Positions 12,461 through 22,655 of a stretch of 64,000 nt of DNA are shown one piece after another. How positions within the stretch are numbered: position 1 is the stretch's first letter; every line of letters begins with the position of its first letter. The notes under the pieces were generated by a model. That model worked only from the letters and a program-made list of their open reading frames with translations, was not told where the DNA came from and made no database searches. Position numbers and translations under genes: made by a program. The DNA comes from Candidatus Poribacteria bacterium (GTDB lineage: Bacteria; Poribacteria; WGA-4E; PCPOR2b): the NCBI GenBank assembly GCA_965218095.1, contig OZ244587.1, positions 1,984,001 through 2,048,000 on the forward strand, in the 5' to 3' direction.

Positions 12461-12579
12461 GATGATTTCACCTTTTTCCCTTCATCGTATGAGTTTTTCA
12501 AGGGGTAGGATCACCGCATCGCTGAAAAATCGTATCCATCATCTGATCTTTTTCCGACACTGTCCTTTACCTTTCGTTT

Positions 12580-13368
12580 CTATTCTCCCCAGAGTTCACC
12601 GTTATCGGTCAGGATCTCGGGTCCGTCGGAAAGGATGGCGACGGTATGCTCAAAAAGCGCCGATAAGCTACGGTCTGCGGTGATGGCAGTCCAACCGTCG
12701 TCAAGAACGCGGGCTTCGGATGTCCCTGCATTGACCATTGCTTCAATGGCAAATACCATACCGGGTCTCAACCGAACGCCTCTGTTCGGCTCACCAAAAT
12801 TGGGAATTTGAGGTTCCTCATGCATTTTTCGCCCGATCCCATGACCCGTAAAATCCTGAACCGCTGAAAATCCGTTTGATTCCGCGGTGCTTTGCAGGGC
12901 AAAACAGACATCGCCGAGTCGATTGCCTGGCCTTGCAGCGTCAACCGCTTTATAGAGGGCGGCTCTGGTAACATCGAGCAATTTGTGGGCTTCCGGGAAA
13001 ATTCTTCCAACGGGAAAGGTGAAGGCGTTATCGCCGTGATAGCCACCGAGGAAAATTGCCGTATCCACACCGATGATGTTCCCCTCTTTCAAAATACACG
13101 CTTCACTTGGAATGCCGTGAACAATCTGCTCATTGATTGACACACAGATTGTCGCCGGGTATGGGTCATGTCCCGGAAATTGATAACCGAGGAATGATGA
13201 AATGCCGCCTAGTTCCTTGATGGTTTGGCGTGAGATCTGATCTAATTCGTAAGTCGATACACCCGGTTTGACGGCTTCCCCGATTCTCTGTAATACAATT
13301 GATGCAGCTTTACCGCTACGCCGCATTGCCTCGATCTCCGATCGAGATTTGATTCTTATTCTTGCCAT
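12580..13368 (-). CDS. map: methionine aminopeptidase type I
   Basis: CVSINE..VHGIP, GHGIG..MHEEP, FEHTVA. Confidence 0.97.
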   Translation of the reverse strand: MARIRIKSRSEIEAMRRSGKAASIVLQRIGEAVKPGVSTYELDQISRQTIKELGGISSFLGYQFPGHDPYPATICVSINEQIVHGIPSEACILKEGNIIGVDTAIFLGGYHGDNAFTFPVGRIFPEAHKLLDVTRAALYKAVDAARPGNRLGDVCFALQSTAESNGFSAVQDFTGHGIGRKMHEEPQIPNFGEPNRGVRLRPGMVFAIEAMVNAGTSEARVLDDGWTAITADRSLSALFEHTVAILSDGPEILTDNGELWGE

Positions 13369-13473
13369 GTGACTCTTTTCTTGTTGTTTTTGCTGTGTCC
13401 ACGGAGTTGTAATCCAACAAACGCTTATTGTGGAATGGTTTCATTAGAGAGGTAAATATTCAACCCTGTTTAC

Positions 13474-13760
13474 CTAGTCAGATGGTTCTGAAGCCTTGGC
13501 GATGAGCTCCAATTCTCCTACGCACATACCAATTGAGGCGTCCCGTTGATGAACATAGACAACGCCCGCAAAGAATTTTCCACTTTGTTGGCTGGACGCG
13601 GCTATCTTCAGCGGGTCATCATCATGAGAAAACAGTACCCGATTCAGTTGAGTTGCGCGGTCCAAAAGATCTGAATCACCAACTTCATCATAGCCCTCTT
13701 CTTGAGCAGTTAATACATCAACGCCTCTCCTTCTCTAATCACCGGTACGCCTTTTGAATT
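13474..13760 (-). pseudogene. DUF5615 PIN-like toxin remnant
   Basis: DRAT.LNRVLFSHDDD..., FAGVVY.HQ....IG; N-terminus broken. Confidence 0.6.
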
Positions 13761-13853
13761 CAAAACAATATATTTGTGGTATGTTTCAGCAATCGCCATT
13801 TAGTTGACTCCTTTCGATTATTTCAGATAGCAGCCGATTTATCAGTCGAGAAA

Positions 13854-14795
13854 TTAAGCAACCCGTTTCGCCCAAAGATGCTTGATTGTGCTCTTGACAA
13901 TCCGAAGCGGCGAGAAGTTCACAGGCATCATCTCAGGGAACTTGAAATCGGTAGTTTGCACATCTGCGAGGCACTCACCGACAATCTCTATCCGTGTCAA
14001 ATCCGTTTCGCTGACGCCAATCTCTCGTGCGGCGTTCATCAGATCAAACTCTTCGTCAGACAAGCCAACGATTTCCGCATGTACACGATCCAATGCCACC
14101 ACATCCACGCCGCCTGTCAGGAGGCCAAGCGGATAGGCGTCCCCACCACGCGGCCCCACCCGATCCATGGCGACAATCCCATCGACAACGGTAAGCGCAG
14201 GCTTGATCAGTTCGCAATACTCGATCAGCATTTTTCCGAAGATGATCCGATCCTTCCCACGCGAGAGATGGAGATGTGCTTTCCGTTTGCCGGGCACACA
14301 ACCGAAGTTGTTTTTGATTGCCGCCGTCAGTTGCATCTGCTGATGCACTTTCAATTTTGGCACGTTGATGACGACATCCGCTTCGATAACCTCCCGTGCC
14401 AGTTTGTATAATCGCAAGCTGTAATGCGCGGGATGGGGAACTTTCACGGATTGGCTCCAGTCCGTAATCGGCACGCCAAATTCCTCCGCAACCGCCATGA
14501 GTCCAGATCTCCGAGCGACGGTTGTCACATTCCCAAACGCTGGCGAATCGCCGATGAATGGTTTTCCGCCGACCGATTGCACCTCTCGAATTAGCGAGCG
14601 AATGACAGTGTGATGGGTTGAGGTTGGATCATCGGGGTGGGAAGCACCTAGGAGGTTAGGTTTGAGTAAAACCCAATCGCCCGGCTTGACGTAACGAGTA
14701 ATTCCCCCAAGGAGATCCAGCAGATCGGAGACGCCTTGATCAACGCGATCTTGTGAATAGGTGGAACATTTGACGATAGCAACAGTTGCTGACAT
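13854..14795 (-). CDS. DUF362 domain protein
   Basis: VLLKPNLL, GDSP, INVPKLKVH, KNNFGC, DGIVAMD..GP. Confidence 0.9.
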   Translation of the reverse strand: MSATVAIVKCSTYSQDRVDQGVSDLLDLLGGITRYVKPGDWVLLKPNLLGASHPDDPTSTHHTVIRSLIREVQSVGGKPFIGDSPAFGNVTTVARRSGLMAVAEEFGVPITDWSQSVKVPHPAHYSLRLYKLAREVIEADVVINVPKLKVHQQMQLTAAIKNNFGCVPGKRKAHLHLSRGKDRIIFGKMLIEYCELIKPALTVVDGIVAMDRVGPRGGDAYPLGLLTGGVDVVALDRVHAEIVGLSDEEFDLMNAAREIGVSETDLTRIEIVGECLADVQTTDFKFPEMMPVNFSPLRIVKSTIKHLWAKRVA

Positions 14796-15064
14796 TGTTA
14801 GTCCTTTCCAAAGAGTCGTGCTGATTGATGGATTCATCAGGAAATTATCAATTTCAGAGAGACAAGATGTAGCGGTAGATGTACACTAATGTGTGAAACT
14901 ACGCTGAATCTTTTCCCAGGGAATGTTTAAACTGACAGCCTGTCACACACGTATGCAGCGAACATGCACCAACACAGGTTTTCTGTGTCCAACACTGTTC
15001 GACAGGTGTCATCTCCCGTAGGGTGTGCTTGAGTTTTTGGCTTCACACGTTAATGTAGATGTGC

Positions 15065-15208
15065 CTACGTTGTCGGTGGGTTTTTGGCGGCGCTGATGCC
15101 GTTTTGATTCGGTCCCCACCACCAGGGCCAATTTTCCTCTGCTGATGCGACTCCAATGGCTGTAAGCCCAATAAGCGTTAAAACCACAGAAACAATTTTG
15201 CGCTCCAT
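15065..15208 (-). pseudogene. N-terminal relic of a PQQ/BamB-like beta-propeller protein
   Basis: Signal peptide plus ENWPWWWGPNQNGIS....PPTT*, matching WPxWRGPxxNG. Confidence 0.55.
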
Positions 15209-15356
15209 TGTTTTTCCTCCGATTCGTAATCTTGAAGTGAGAAATTTGGCGCGTAGTCGTTCGCTGTTTTCACAAGGGACAACTGAATATTTGACTTTTA
15301 CGAACGACTACGCATAAGATACCTGCCTTGATAGCAGTCGAGCCCATGCCTCTGTC

Positions 15357-17615
15357 TCAGGGATTCCACCAATACGTCATCTTCCCGATGAGCGTCGATT
15401 CCGCGAGATCAATCTGTGAACCACCGCTTTCATAGATCTGGTTAAAAACAAGGTAGAAATCGCTGCCGGGACGATAAATATAGTTGAGCAGAAAGTTGGC
15501 CGAGATGACATCATCCTCGTTGTTCCACTGGGCGAACAGTTTTGCGAAGAGGATTGTGGAGAAGGAATAGGCGATGCGGGTCGCCAAGACGTTTGCATTG
15601 AAAGAACCGGCAGGGAGTTTGACCCGGTTAAACTGGTACTGAGATTCGACGGCGAGTCGCCTATTCGGTTTGAAGCTGGCATCGATGTCAAAACCCCTTC
15701 GCGTACCGTCGAAGAAATCGCCGACATTCACCCTGAACTCTCCCGCAATCAGTTTGCTTTCATCGGTTTCGACCAAAACACGAAACGATGTGAATTCGTA
15801 CTCGCCGATGGGGATAATGATATCATCCCGGATGTCGAAATTCTCGTCGAGGCGCTCTTTCGTCTGCTGGGCTTGAAGGCTAATCCGCCCACCGTTGTCC
15901 AGCTCAAGCCGTCCGCCGAATATGAGATTGCGAGTTTCCAGTTCATTCTCCTGAGTGAGGATGTAATCAAACTCGGGGCCCACCTGAATCTCACGAATCC
16001 CAAATTTACGTATCCGCGGCGCATAACGCATTTCGCTGCGGATATGACGGCTTCCCTCTCGCCGGACAAATCCAACTTCGGGGTTGAAATTGTCGCCGAT
16101 GTCTGTGTATGAACCTTCCAGTCGAAACAGATCGTCTCGCCAATCTGAACCGATGTACCATGCATCCCCTTGTCCGGAGGTTTCCTCTGAATCAGATGTT
16201 CGAGCCCACAGCCCGCGGATCTCCAGTTTGTCGTCTGGACGATACGAGAAGTCAAGCCCCCCAGCGCGATTGTATGTCTCGGAATCTGCCTGTTTATTGA
16301 TGGCGATTAACCCGATACGAGAACCCCTGAAAATGTCTCGCGTCATCCGCAATACCGAGTAGTTTGTGCGCGGTACATCAACGATTTCATCCGGATCGGT
16401 TACCGAGTCATCAGTGTGAAATTTATCTGTGAACACATTAAGCACACCCACCCCGTAAGGCCCAACCTTGCCCGTGATTTTGCCGCCGTGGCTGATTGGA
16501 ACAGCATGCTCTTCTTCGATACCGATGCGACGGCTATAAAAGAGGAGTAACGGCGGCGGGCGACGGAAGCTAGTGCGTGGAACGCCAAAATCAAAAAGCC
16601 CTGCGCCTTCTAAGAAGAAGGACCGCTTCTCAGGAAAGAACAGGCTGAAGCGAGTAAGATTGACCTGTCCCTCATCGGCTTCGACCTGCGCAAAATCCGT
16701 GTTGAGTGTCAGATCGGCGATGAGATTCGAGGTTAAACCGTACTTAAGATCTAATCCAATCTCGAATTCCCTATCCGTTTCATCATCTTCTTTGATTCGA
16801 CTCACACCGGGTAAAATATAAGGAAGCAACTCGATCTGTCTTTTCGGCGTAATCCCTTCTAATCCTACCAGATTGCCCAAGTAGGCGGTACGGTATTTCG
16901 CCCGTCCACCATACGATGCAGGTACCGATGCCCATGTCCCTTCCTCATTGGTTCGTCGGATTTTCCTCGCGAAATTCAGCCCCCAGGTCATCTGCTCGCT
17001 CTCCTTGAAACGGAGTTGACCGAAGGGGATGGCAATTTCTGAGGTCCAGCGGTCGGAATGGATCTGACTTCGACAATCTACCACTGCATCCCAATTTCGG
17101 TTGAAGCTATCTCCGCTATTGGTTATTGCGGTATCCTGTACCGCTCCCAACGCATTAACACGGAATGCAACACCGCTACGTTTATCGTTGTAGGTGTCGA
17201 GGATGAGAAAAATGTTGTCGTTCTCGTGCAAGTTGCGTGCGTCACGGCGCATCTCGTTGGCAACCAGTCTGGAGATGTCCGAATCAAAACAGGTAAAACC
17301 GAAGTAGATGTTTTTCTGATTATAGAGGATGCGGACTTCGGTGGGTTGGGTCATTGGCTTTCCTGCGTCTGGTTCGACTTGAGTAAATTGCCCGACAGGT
17401 TTGGCATCTTGCCAATCGGGCTCATTGAAATCGCCGTCAATCTCGATACTGCCAAAAGTCCGGTGGGCTTCTGCCTGATATTCGATGGGACCCAGATCCG
17501 CGCTCACGATAAAGGGAAATAACAAAAAGGCAATTGCAAAAAAGAAAAACCCATATTTCCAGCACGGTGATAACGAATCGCCGCGCTGGGAGTAGAGCGG
17601 TAGATGATGAATCAT
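15357..17615 (-). CDS. CBM9-like/DUF5916 outer-membrane protein
   Basis: IEIDGD..E..W, NTDFAQVEAD, NLTRFSLFFPEKR, FYSRRIG; aromatic C-terminus. Confidence 0.88.
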   Translation of the reverse strand: MIHHLPLYSQRGDSLSPCWKYGFFFFAIAFLLFPFIVSADLGPIEYQAEAHRTFGSIEIDGDFNEPDWQDAKPVGQFTQVEPDAGKPMTQPTEVRILYNQKNIYFGFTCFDSDISRLVANEMRRDARNLHENDNIFLILDTYNDKRSGVAFRVNALGAVQDTAITNSGDSFNRNWDAVVDCRSQIHSDRWTSEIAIPFGQLRFKESEQMTWGLNFARKIRRTNEEGTWASVPASYGGRAKYRTAYLGNLVGLEGITPKRQIELLPYILPGVSRIKEDDETDREFEIGLDLKYGLTSNLIADLTLNTDFAQVEADEGQVNLTRFSLFFPEKRSFFLEGAGLFDFGVPRTSFRRPPPLLLFYSRRIGIEEEHAVPISHGGKITGKVGPYGVGVLNVFTDKFHTDDSVTDPDEIVDVPRTNYSVLRMTRDIFRGSRIGLIAINKQADSETYNRAGGLDFSYRPDDKLEIRGLWARTSDSEETSGQGDAWYIGSDWRDDLFRLEGSYTDIGDNFNPEVGFVRREGSRHIRSEMRYAPRIRKFGIREIQVGPEFDYILTQENELETRNLIFGGRLELDNGGRISLQAQQTKERLDENFDIRDDIIIPIGEYEFTSFRVLVETDESKLIAGEFRVNVGDFFDGTRRGFDIDASFKPNRRLAVESQYQFNRVKLPAGSFNANVLATRIAYSFSTILFAKLFAQWNNEDDVISANFLLNYIYRPGSDFYLVFNQIYESGGSQIDLAESTLIGKMTYWWNP

Positions 17616-17672
17616 AAACGTCTATCCTTTCGTCTTTGATTTGAAAATGCGGCATTCAAACTTTACTCCATC

Positions 17673-20600
17673 TTACACTTCACGCCGAAGTTTCTCCCTT
17701 GCCGATTCAAACAAACTATACACCGTTGGAATAAAGAACAGCGTAAACACCATCGCAATCGTCAATCCCCCAACGACCACGCGAGCCATCGGCGCCTGCA
17801 TTTCCGCGCCGGCGCCGAGTCCCAAGGACATCGGCATCAATGCGAATGCGGTCGTCAAGGTGGTCATCAAGATCGGGCGGAGTCGGCGGCGTCCACCTTC
17901 CAAAATCGCTTCGCGCATCTCCAGCCCCTGTTTCCGCAACAGGTTGATGTAGTCCACAAGGACGATGGCGTTGTTCACCACAATTCCCACCAGCATGATG
18001 ATACCAATATACGTAGGTATGCTGACGTTTGTACCGGTCAGGAACAGGATGAGAATCACGCCGATGGCGGCAAACGGTATGGAGAACATGATCACGAAGG
18101 GATGGAGCAACGATTCGAATTGAGACGCCATCACCATGTAGACCAGCGCGACGGCAAGCAGTAGCACTATCATCAGATTCCGATAGGCTTCCTGTTGTTC
18201 CTCCTGTTCGCCGGCAAATTGGACGACGAAACCTTCTGGAACGTCAAACCCAACGAGTTTCTGGGTGATTTCTTCAGCGATACCGCCGAAATCCCGATTT
18301 GAAAAGCCAGCCGATACCGTAATCACACGTTCCTGATTCCGTCTGTCGATGTTGATGGGACCTTCGCGTTCTGCAATGTGTGCAATGTTGCTCAACACAA
18401 CCGCCGAATCCATCCCCGTCCACACAAAGACGGTTTTGACGCTATCCAACGACAGGCGGTCCGTTTCTTTCAGCCGTACACGAACATCGAATTCGTCACC
18501 GTCTTCTCGATACTGCGTGGCTATCTTTCCCGTCAAACCCGTGTTGAGGGTGTCCGCGATGGTGGAGAGATCCAAGGCAAGCGCATAAGCCTTGTCACGG
18601 TCAACGTGGACCGTCAATTCAGGTTTGCCTTCTTCCCGGCTGACGCGCACGTTCTCAGTTCCTTCGACGCCCTCAACCAACTCTTTGACACGTTCGGCTA
18701 AACGCTGTCCCCGTTGCAGATCATGTCCACGAACCTCGACCTCAATCCGATCTTGGCGTCCGCCGCGCGAAAGCAGACGGGTGATTAGAGAACCACGGCT
18801 GCTGATCCATATCCTCACATCAGGCACGCCGGAGAGTACCTTTCTCAGATGCGCCACCACCTCATTGGTTGAACGGGTTCGTTCGTCTCCGTCCACCAGA
18901 CGGATGCGAAGATTTGCGGCGTGGGTGCCGCTGGCGGACCTCCAGCCACTGCCGGCGCCGACGTTTGTGCGCAATGACAGTATCTCTGGCACTTCCTGCT
19001 GGACAACCGTTTCGAGCTGTCTGACAATCGCGTCGGTCGCTTCAAATTTCGTCCCTACCGGCAGTTGCACGCTGATGGCAATGTCTCCCTCATCCACGTC
19101 GGGCATCAACTCGGCGCCCAGCTTTGGCATCAGTGTCAGCGTCAAGCCCAAGACGAACAGCGAAATGACCACGACCCAGACCCGATGCCGCAGCGCCCAA
19201 TCCAATCCATCCCGATATTTATTGTTCAACCCCTCAAATCCACCTGTGATGCGTTGTCTGAATCTGCCTCCCACCTGTGTCCTCCCCCCACTGGGAGGAG
19301 GAATCGAAGAAGGGGGGTTGGAATTGACGCGCAGAAATTTAGCAGACATCACGGGAATGAGGGTTAAAGCCACCACTAATGACGCCAATAGCGCGAAGCA
19401 GACCGTATATGCCAACTGGCGAAAAAAGATGCCCTGCATACCCGTCCCGGCAAAAAACAGGGGCAAAAAGACGCAAAGCGTTGTTAAAGTGGAAGCGACA
19501 ATCGCGGCGCTGACTTCCTTGGTACCGATGGACGCCGCTTCGTTGGCGCTCTTTCCTGCCTGTCGATGACGGAATATATTTTCCAGCACCACAATGGCGT
19601 TGTCTAACAACATACCAAGTCCCAAGGCGATGCCACCCATCGACATCATATTCAATGTCAGGTTGGCGGAATCCATCATAATGAAGGTCGCGATAACGGC
19701 GGTGGGAATGGCAACAGAGATGATGAGGGTGCTGCGGAGGTTTTGCAGGAAGATGAACAGAATGCAGACCGCCAAAATTCCGCCCAAAGCGCCCGTCTGC
19801 TGGATTTGTGACATCGAATCCCTGATGAACGCTGACGTATCCCAGAGAACGGAGATTTCCATCCCGACTGGGAGTACCCGCTTGATGGATTCCACCCGTC
19901 TGAGGACGCGATCTGCGACCTGGACGGTATTTTCCCCCGGCTGTTTTCGGATGGCAAGCGAAATCCCCGGTTTGCCTTGAATACGGGTGTCGTCCCTTCG
20001 CTCTTTGAAGGAATCAGAGACTTCGGCGATTTGAAAGAGGTAAATCGGCGTGCCGCTCTGATGCCCAACAACAGTGTTGACGATCTGGCTGATACTGGTA
20101 TACTGTCCCGAGGTCCGCAGCAGTAACTCTTTCTGGTTGGTCTCTAAATAGCCGCCGGGCATGTCTAAGTTCTCTCTTCTGAGCGCGGAAACCACCTGAG
20201 AAAATGAGAGGCCAACGGCTTCCAACTGACTCCTGTCAACACTCACATGGATTTCGCGTTCCAAGCCCCCCCTGATGTCCACCGCCGCCACGCCTTTGAT
20301 CTGCTCCAGCTTGTATTGGATTTCGTCTTCAGCATATCGCCGAATTTTGTCGAGCGGCAGATTGCCGGATAAACCAAGATACAAGATGCCGATTCTGGAC
20401 GTATCGAACTTCCAAATTCTCGGTTCCTCGGTTTCTTCGGGCAATACCTGCTTAATTCGTGCGATCCGCTCGCGGATGTCATTAATGGCTTCCATCATAT
20501 CGATTCCCCATCCGAATGACACCCTGACGGTCGCCATCCCTTCACTCGATGTCGCTCGGACTTCCTCGACGTTCTGGACAGTGCTGACGGCGCGTTCAAG

Positions 20601-20798
20601 GTGCTCCGTGATAAGGGTTTCGACCTCTTTTGGACTCGCACCCGGATAGGGAACGGACACTGTCACGGTTGGGAATTCGATGTCTGGCAGCAGATCAATG
20701 GCTAACTGTGAGAGTGAAAACGCACCAATCAGCACGACAGCAATGAAAAACATGAACGTGGTAATCGGCCTTCTGATAGCGATGTCTGATAAACTCAT
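17673..20798 (-). CDS. RND efflux permease (AcrB/AcrD/AcrF family)
   Basis: 1041 aa; GMLLDNAIVVLENI, RLRPILMTT. Confidence 0.97.
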   Translation of the reverse strand: MSLSDIAIRRPITTFMFFIAVVLIGAFSLSQLAIDLLPDIEFPTVTVSVPYPGASPKEVETLITEHLERAVSTVQNVEEVRATSSEGMATVRVSFGWGIDMMEAINDIRERIARIKQVLPEETEEPRIWKFDTSRIGILYLGLSGNLPLDKIRRYAEDEIQYKLEQIKGVAAVDIRGGLEREIHVSVDRSQLEAVGLSFSQVVSALRRENLDMPGGYLETNQKELLLRTSGQYTSISQIVNTVVGHQSGTPIYLFQIAEVSDSFKERRDDTRIQGKPGISLAIRKQPGENTVQVADRVLRRVESIKRVLPVGMEISVLWDTSAFIRDSMSQIQQTGALGGILAVCILFIFLQNLRSTLIISVAIPTAVIATFIMMDSANLTLNMMSMGGIALGLGMLLDNAIVVLENIFRHRQAGKSANEAASIGTKEVSAAIVASTLTTLCVFLPLFFAGTGMQGIFFRQLAYTVCFALLASLVVALTLIPVMSAKFLRVNSNPPSSIPPPSGGRTQVGGRFRQRITGGFEGLNNKYRDGLDWALRHRVWVVVISLFVLGLTLTLMPKLGAELMPDVDEGDIAISVQLPVGTKFEATDAIVRQLETVVQQEVPEILSLRTNVGAGSGWRSASGTHAANLRIRLVDGDERTRSTNEVVAHLRKVLSGVPDVRIWISSRGSLITRLLSRGGRQDRIEVEVRGHDLQRGQRLAERVKELVEGVEGTENVRVSREEGKPELTVHVDRDKAYALALDLSTIADTLNTGLTGKIATQYREDGDEFDVRVRLKETDRLSLDSVKTVFVWTGMDSAVVLSNIAHIAEREGPINIDRRNQERVITVSAGFSNRDFGGIAEEITQKLVGFDVPEGFVVQFAGEQEEQQEAYRNLMIVLLLAVALVYMVMASQFESLLHPFVIMFSIPFAAIGVILILFLTGTNVSIPTYIGIIMLVGIVVNNAIVLVDYINLLRKQGLEMREAILEGGRRRLRPILMTTLTTAFALMPMSLGLGAGAEMQAPMARVVVGGLTIAMVFTLFFIPTVYSLFESAREKLRREV

Positions 20799-20980
20799 TT
20801 TTGTAAACCTTCGTTATGAATTTCCCCTTTTTTGTAATAGTCAGGAAAATGCTTCATACTGCTCTTGATGGATTGCCAAATTCACCCCGAGGGAGTCTCG
20901 TTGACCATTACGTTTTTTCCTTTCCGCTCATTTCTTCCCTTTCTTCCATCCTTCCGTCCAGAACGGACAAACTGGCCGCT

Positions 20981-22588
20981 CTACTTTCTTTCCATCTTCT
21001 CATTTCTTTTTCCGGCGATTTTCACCGACATCCCATCTCTCAGGCTATACTGCCCTGCCACAACCAGCGATTCGCCGGCTTCCAGTCCAGAAAGGATCTC
21101 CGTCCGAATCCCGTCGCTAATCCCGGTGACCACCTGCTTCCTGTGGGCGGCCCCATTATTGACGGTATAGACAAACACCGCATCCCCCTGCTTGAGCATC
21201 GCGTCAGCGGGAATCACAACCACCTCCGCGTGTTCCGATACCCGCAACTCGACGCGGGTGAACATACCCGGCTTGAGTTTGTGTTCTAGATTGGGGACTT
21301 CGATCTCAATATCACCGGTTTGACTGGTCCGATCGATGATCGGGCTGATATAGATGACCACCCCCGTGAACGTCTCGCCGGGATAGGTGTCAGGTTGGAT
21401 AATCGCTTGCGAACCAACCCGAATGGACGGAATATCCCGCCCCGGAACCTTCGCAGCAATTTTGACCACATCCATGTATACGATGGTGACGAAGGGGCGG
21501 TTTGGCGACGCCATATCCCCACGGTCTAAGAATCTCTGCGCGATGACGCCGTTAATCGGAGCTTTGAGAATCGTGTCGTCCAGATCGCGTTGCGCCAGTT
21601 CCAGGGCAGCCTGCGCACGGTCGCGTAGAGCCTCCGCCTGAGCGAGCTCGTGTTTCCATGTGGCCGCTTCTCGGGCGGCTTCCACTTCCTCAAAAGCTGC
21701 TTGCGCGCTCTCAACTTGCGCCTCCACCGACTCCAGATTCGCGCGTTTAATGTCAATCTGCATCTTGTTGTCCTGTGCGGATTCCACATTCGCCTTTTCA
21801 GCTTCCACCTGCGCTTTCAACACCTGGATATCCTCTGGCTTCGCCCCTTCCTCTAAAAGGGACAACTGTGCGCTGTAAATCTCATGCTGTAATTGCGCGG
21901 CTTCCACCTGATCTTCTGAAATGATCTCGTTCTGTAACAGGGCGTTCAGTCGATCCAACTCGCGCTTGGCATTCTCCTTTCTCACTCGCACCTGTTCGAT
22001 CTCCTGCGTCCGCGCCCCCGAAACCACGGCTTCCAAACGCGCCTCGGTGATTCGCAGATCGGCCAATGCTTTTTTAATCTGCACTTCTGCCTGTTTGGTT
22101 TGGAGTTCCAACTCCACTTCCGCTTGTTTCAGCGATGCGCGTAACCGATCTAGATTACTCTTGGCTTGTATGAACGTGGTTTCGGCGTTGATAAGCGCAA
22201 CAGACGCGTGTTTCTCATAATCGGCTTGTACGCCTGCCAGTTCCGCCTCCGCTTGTTTGACCTTAATCCCGAAGGGTTGCGATTCGATTCGGCCGAGCGT
22301 CTGTCTTACCTTGACGCGGTCTCCTTTGTCAGCAAGAAGTTCAACCAGTTCGCCCGCTTGTTTGGGATAGACCTCGACCTCTGCGCGGGCATTGACCGTA
22401 CCGGTGATGGCGACCGTCTGGGTAATATCGCCGGTGGTAACCGGCGTCACTTGCACAGGGACGCTCCGCGCACCACGCCCAGGAAGGCGTCCTCCACCTC
22501 CCGATCGTGCATTGCTAAAAAAGTGGGCGTACATCACGACGCCTATCAGCGCCATGAGGATGATGATAATTACGATAATCTTTTTCAC
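20981..22588 (-). CDS. RND membrane fusion protein with long coiled coil
   Basis: GTG start after GGAGG; TM anchor, APINGVI, LKPGMF. Confidence 0.92.
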   Translation of the reverse strand: MKKIIVIIIILMALIGVVMYAHFFSNARSGGGGRLPGRGARSVPVQVTPVTTGDITQTVAITGTVNARAEVEVYPKQAGELVELLADKGDRVKVRQTLGRIESQPFGIKVKQAEAELAGVQADYEKHASVALINAETTFIQAKSNLDRLRASLKQAEVELELQTKQAEVQIKKALADLRITEARLEAVVSGARTQEIEQVRVRKENAKRELDRLNALLQNEIISEDQVEAAQLQHEIYSAQLSLLEEGAKPEDIQVLKAQVEAEKANVESAQDNKMQIDIKRANLESVEAQVESAQAAFEEVEAAREAATWKHELAQAEALRDRAQAALELAQRDLDDTILKAPINGVIAQRFLDRGDMASPNRPFVTIVYMDVVKIAAKVPGRDIPSIRVGSQAIIQPDTYPGETFTGVVIYISPIIDRTSQTGDIEIEVPNLEHKLKPGMFTRVELRVSEHAEVVVIPADAMLKQGDAVFVYTVNNGAAHRKQVVTGISDGIRTEILSGLEAGESLVVAGQYSLRDGMSVKIAGKRNEKMERK

Positions 22589-22655
22589 GACGTCCTCCAT
22601 CTGTTGAGTGTCGAGCTCAGGACGAAGAGTTTTGCCTCGGCTCTCAGCTCTACGC

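Noticed and set aside
18592-19569. Long antisense ORFs (325 aa here; also 4636..5364, 5371..6057, 28314..29024)
   Set aside because: Shadow frames of well-supported genes, with no recognisable motifs.
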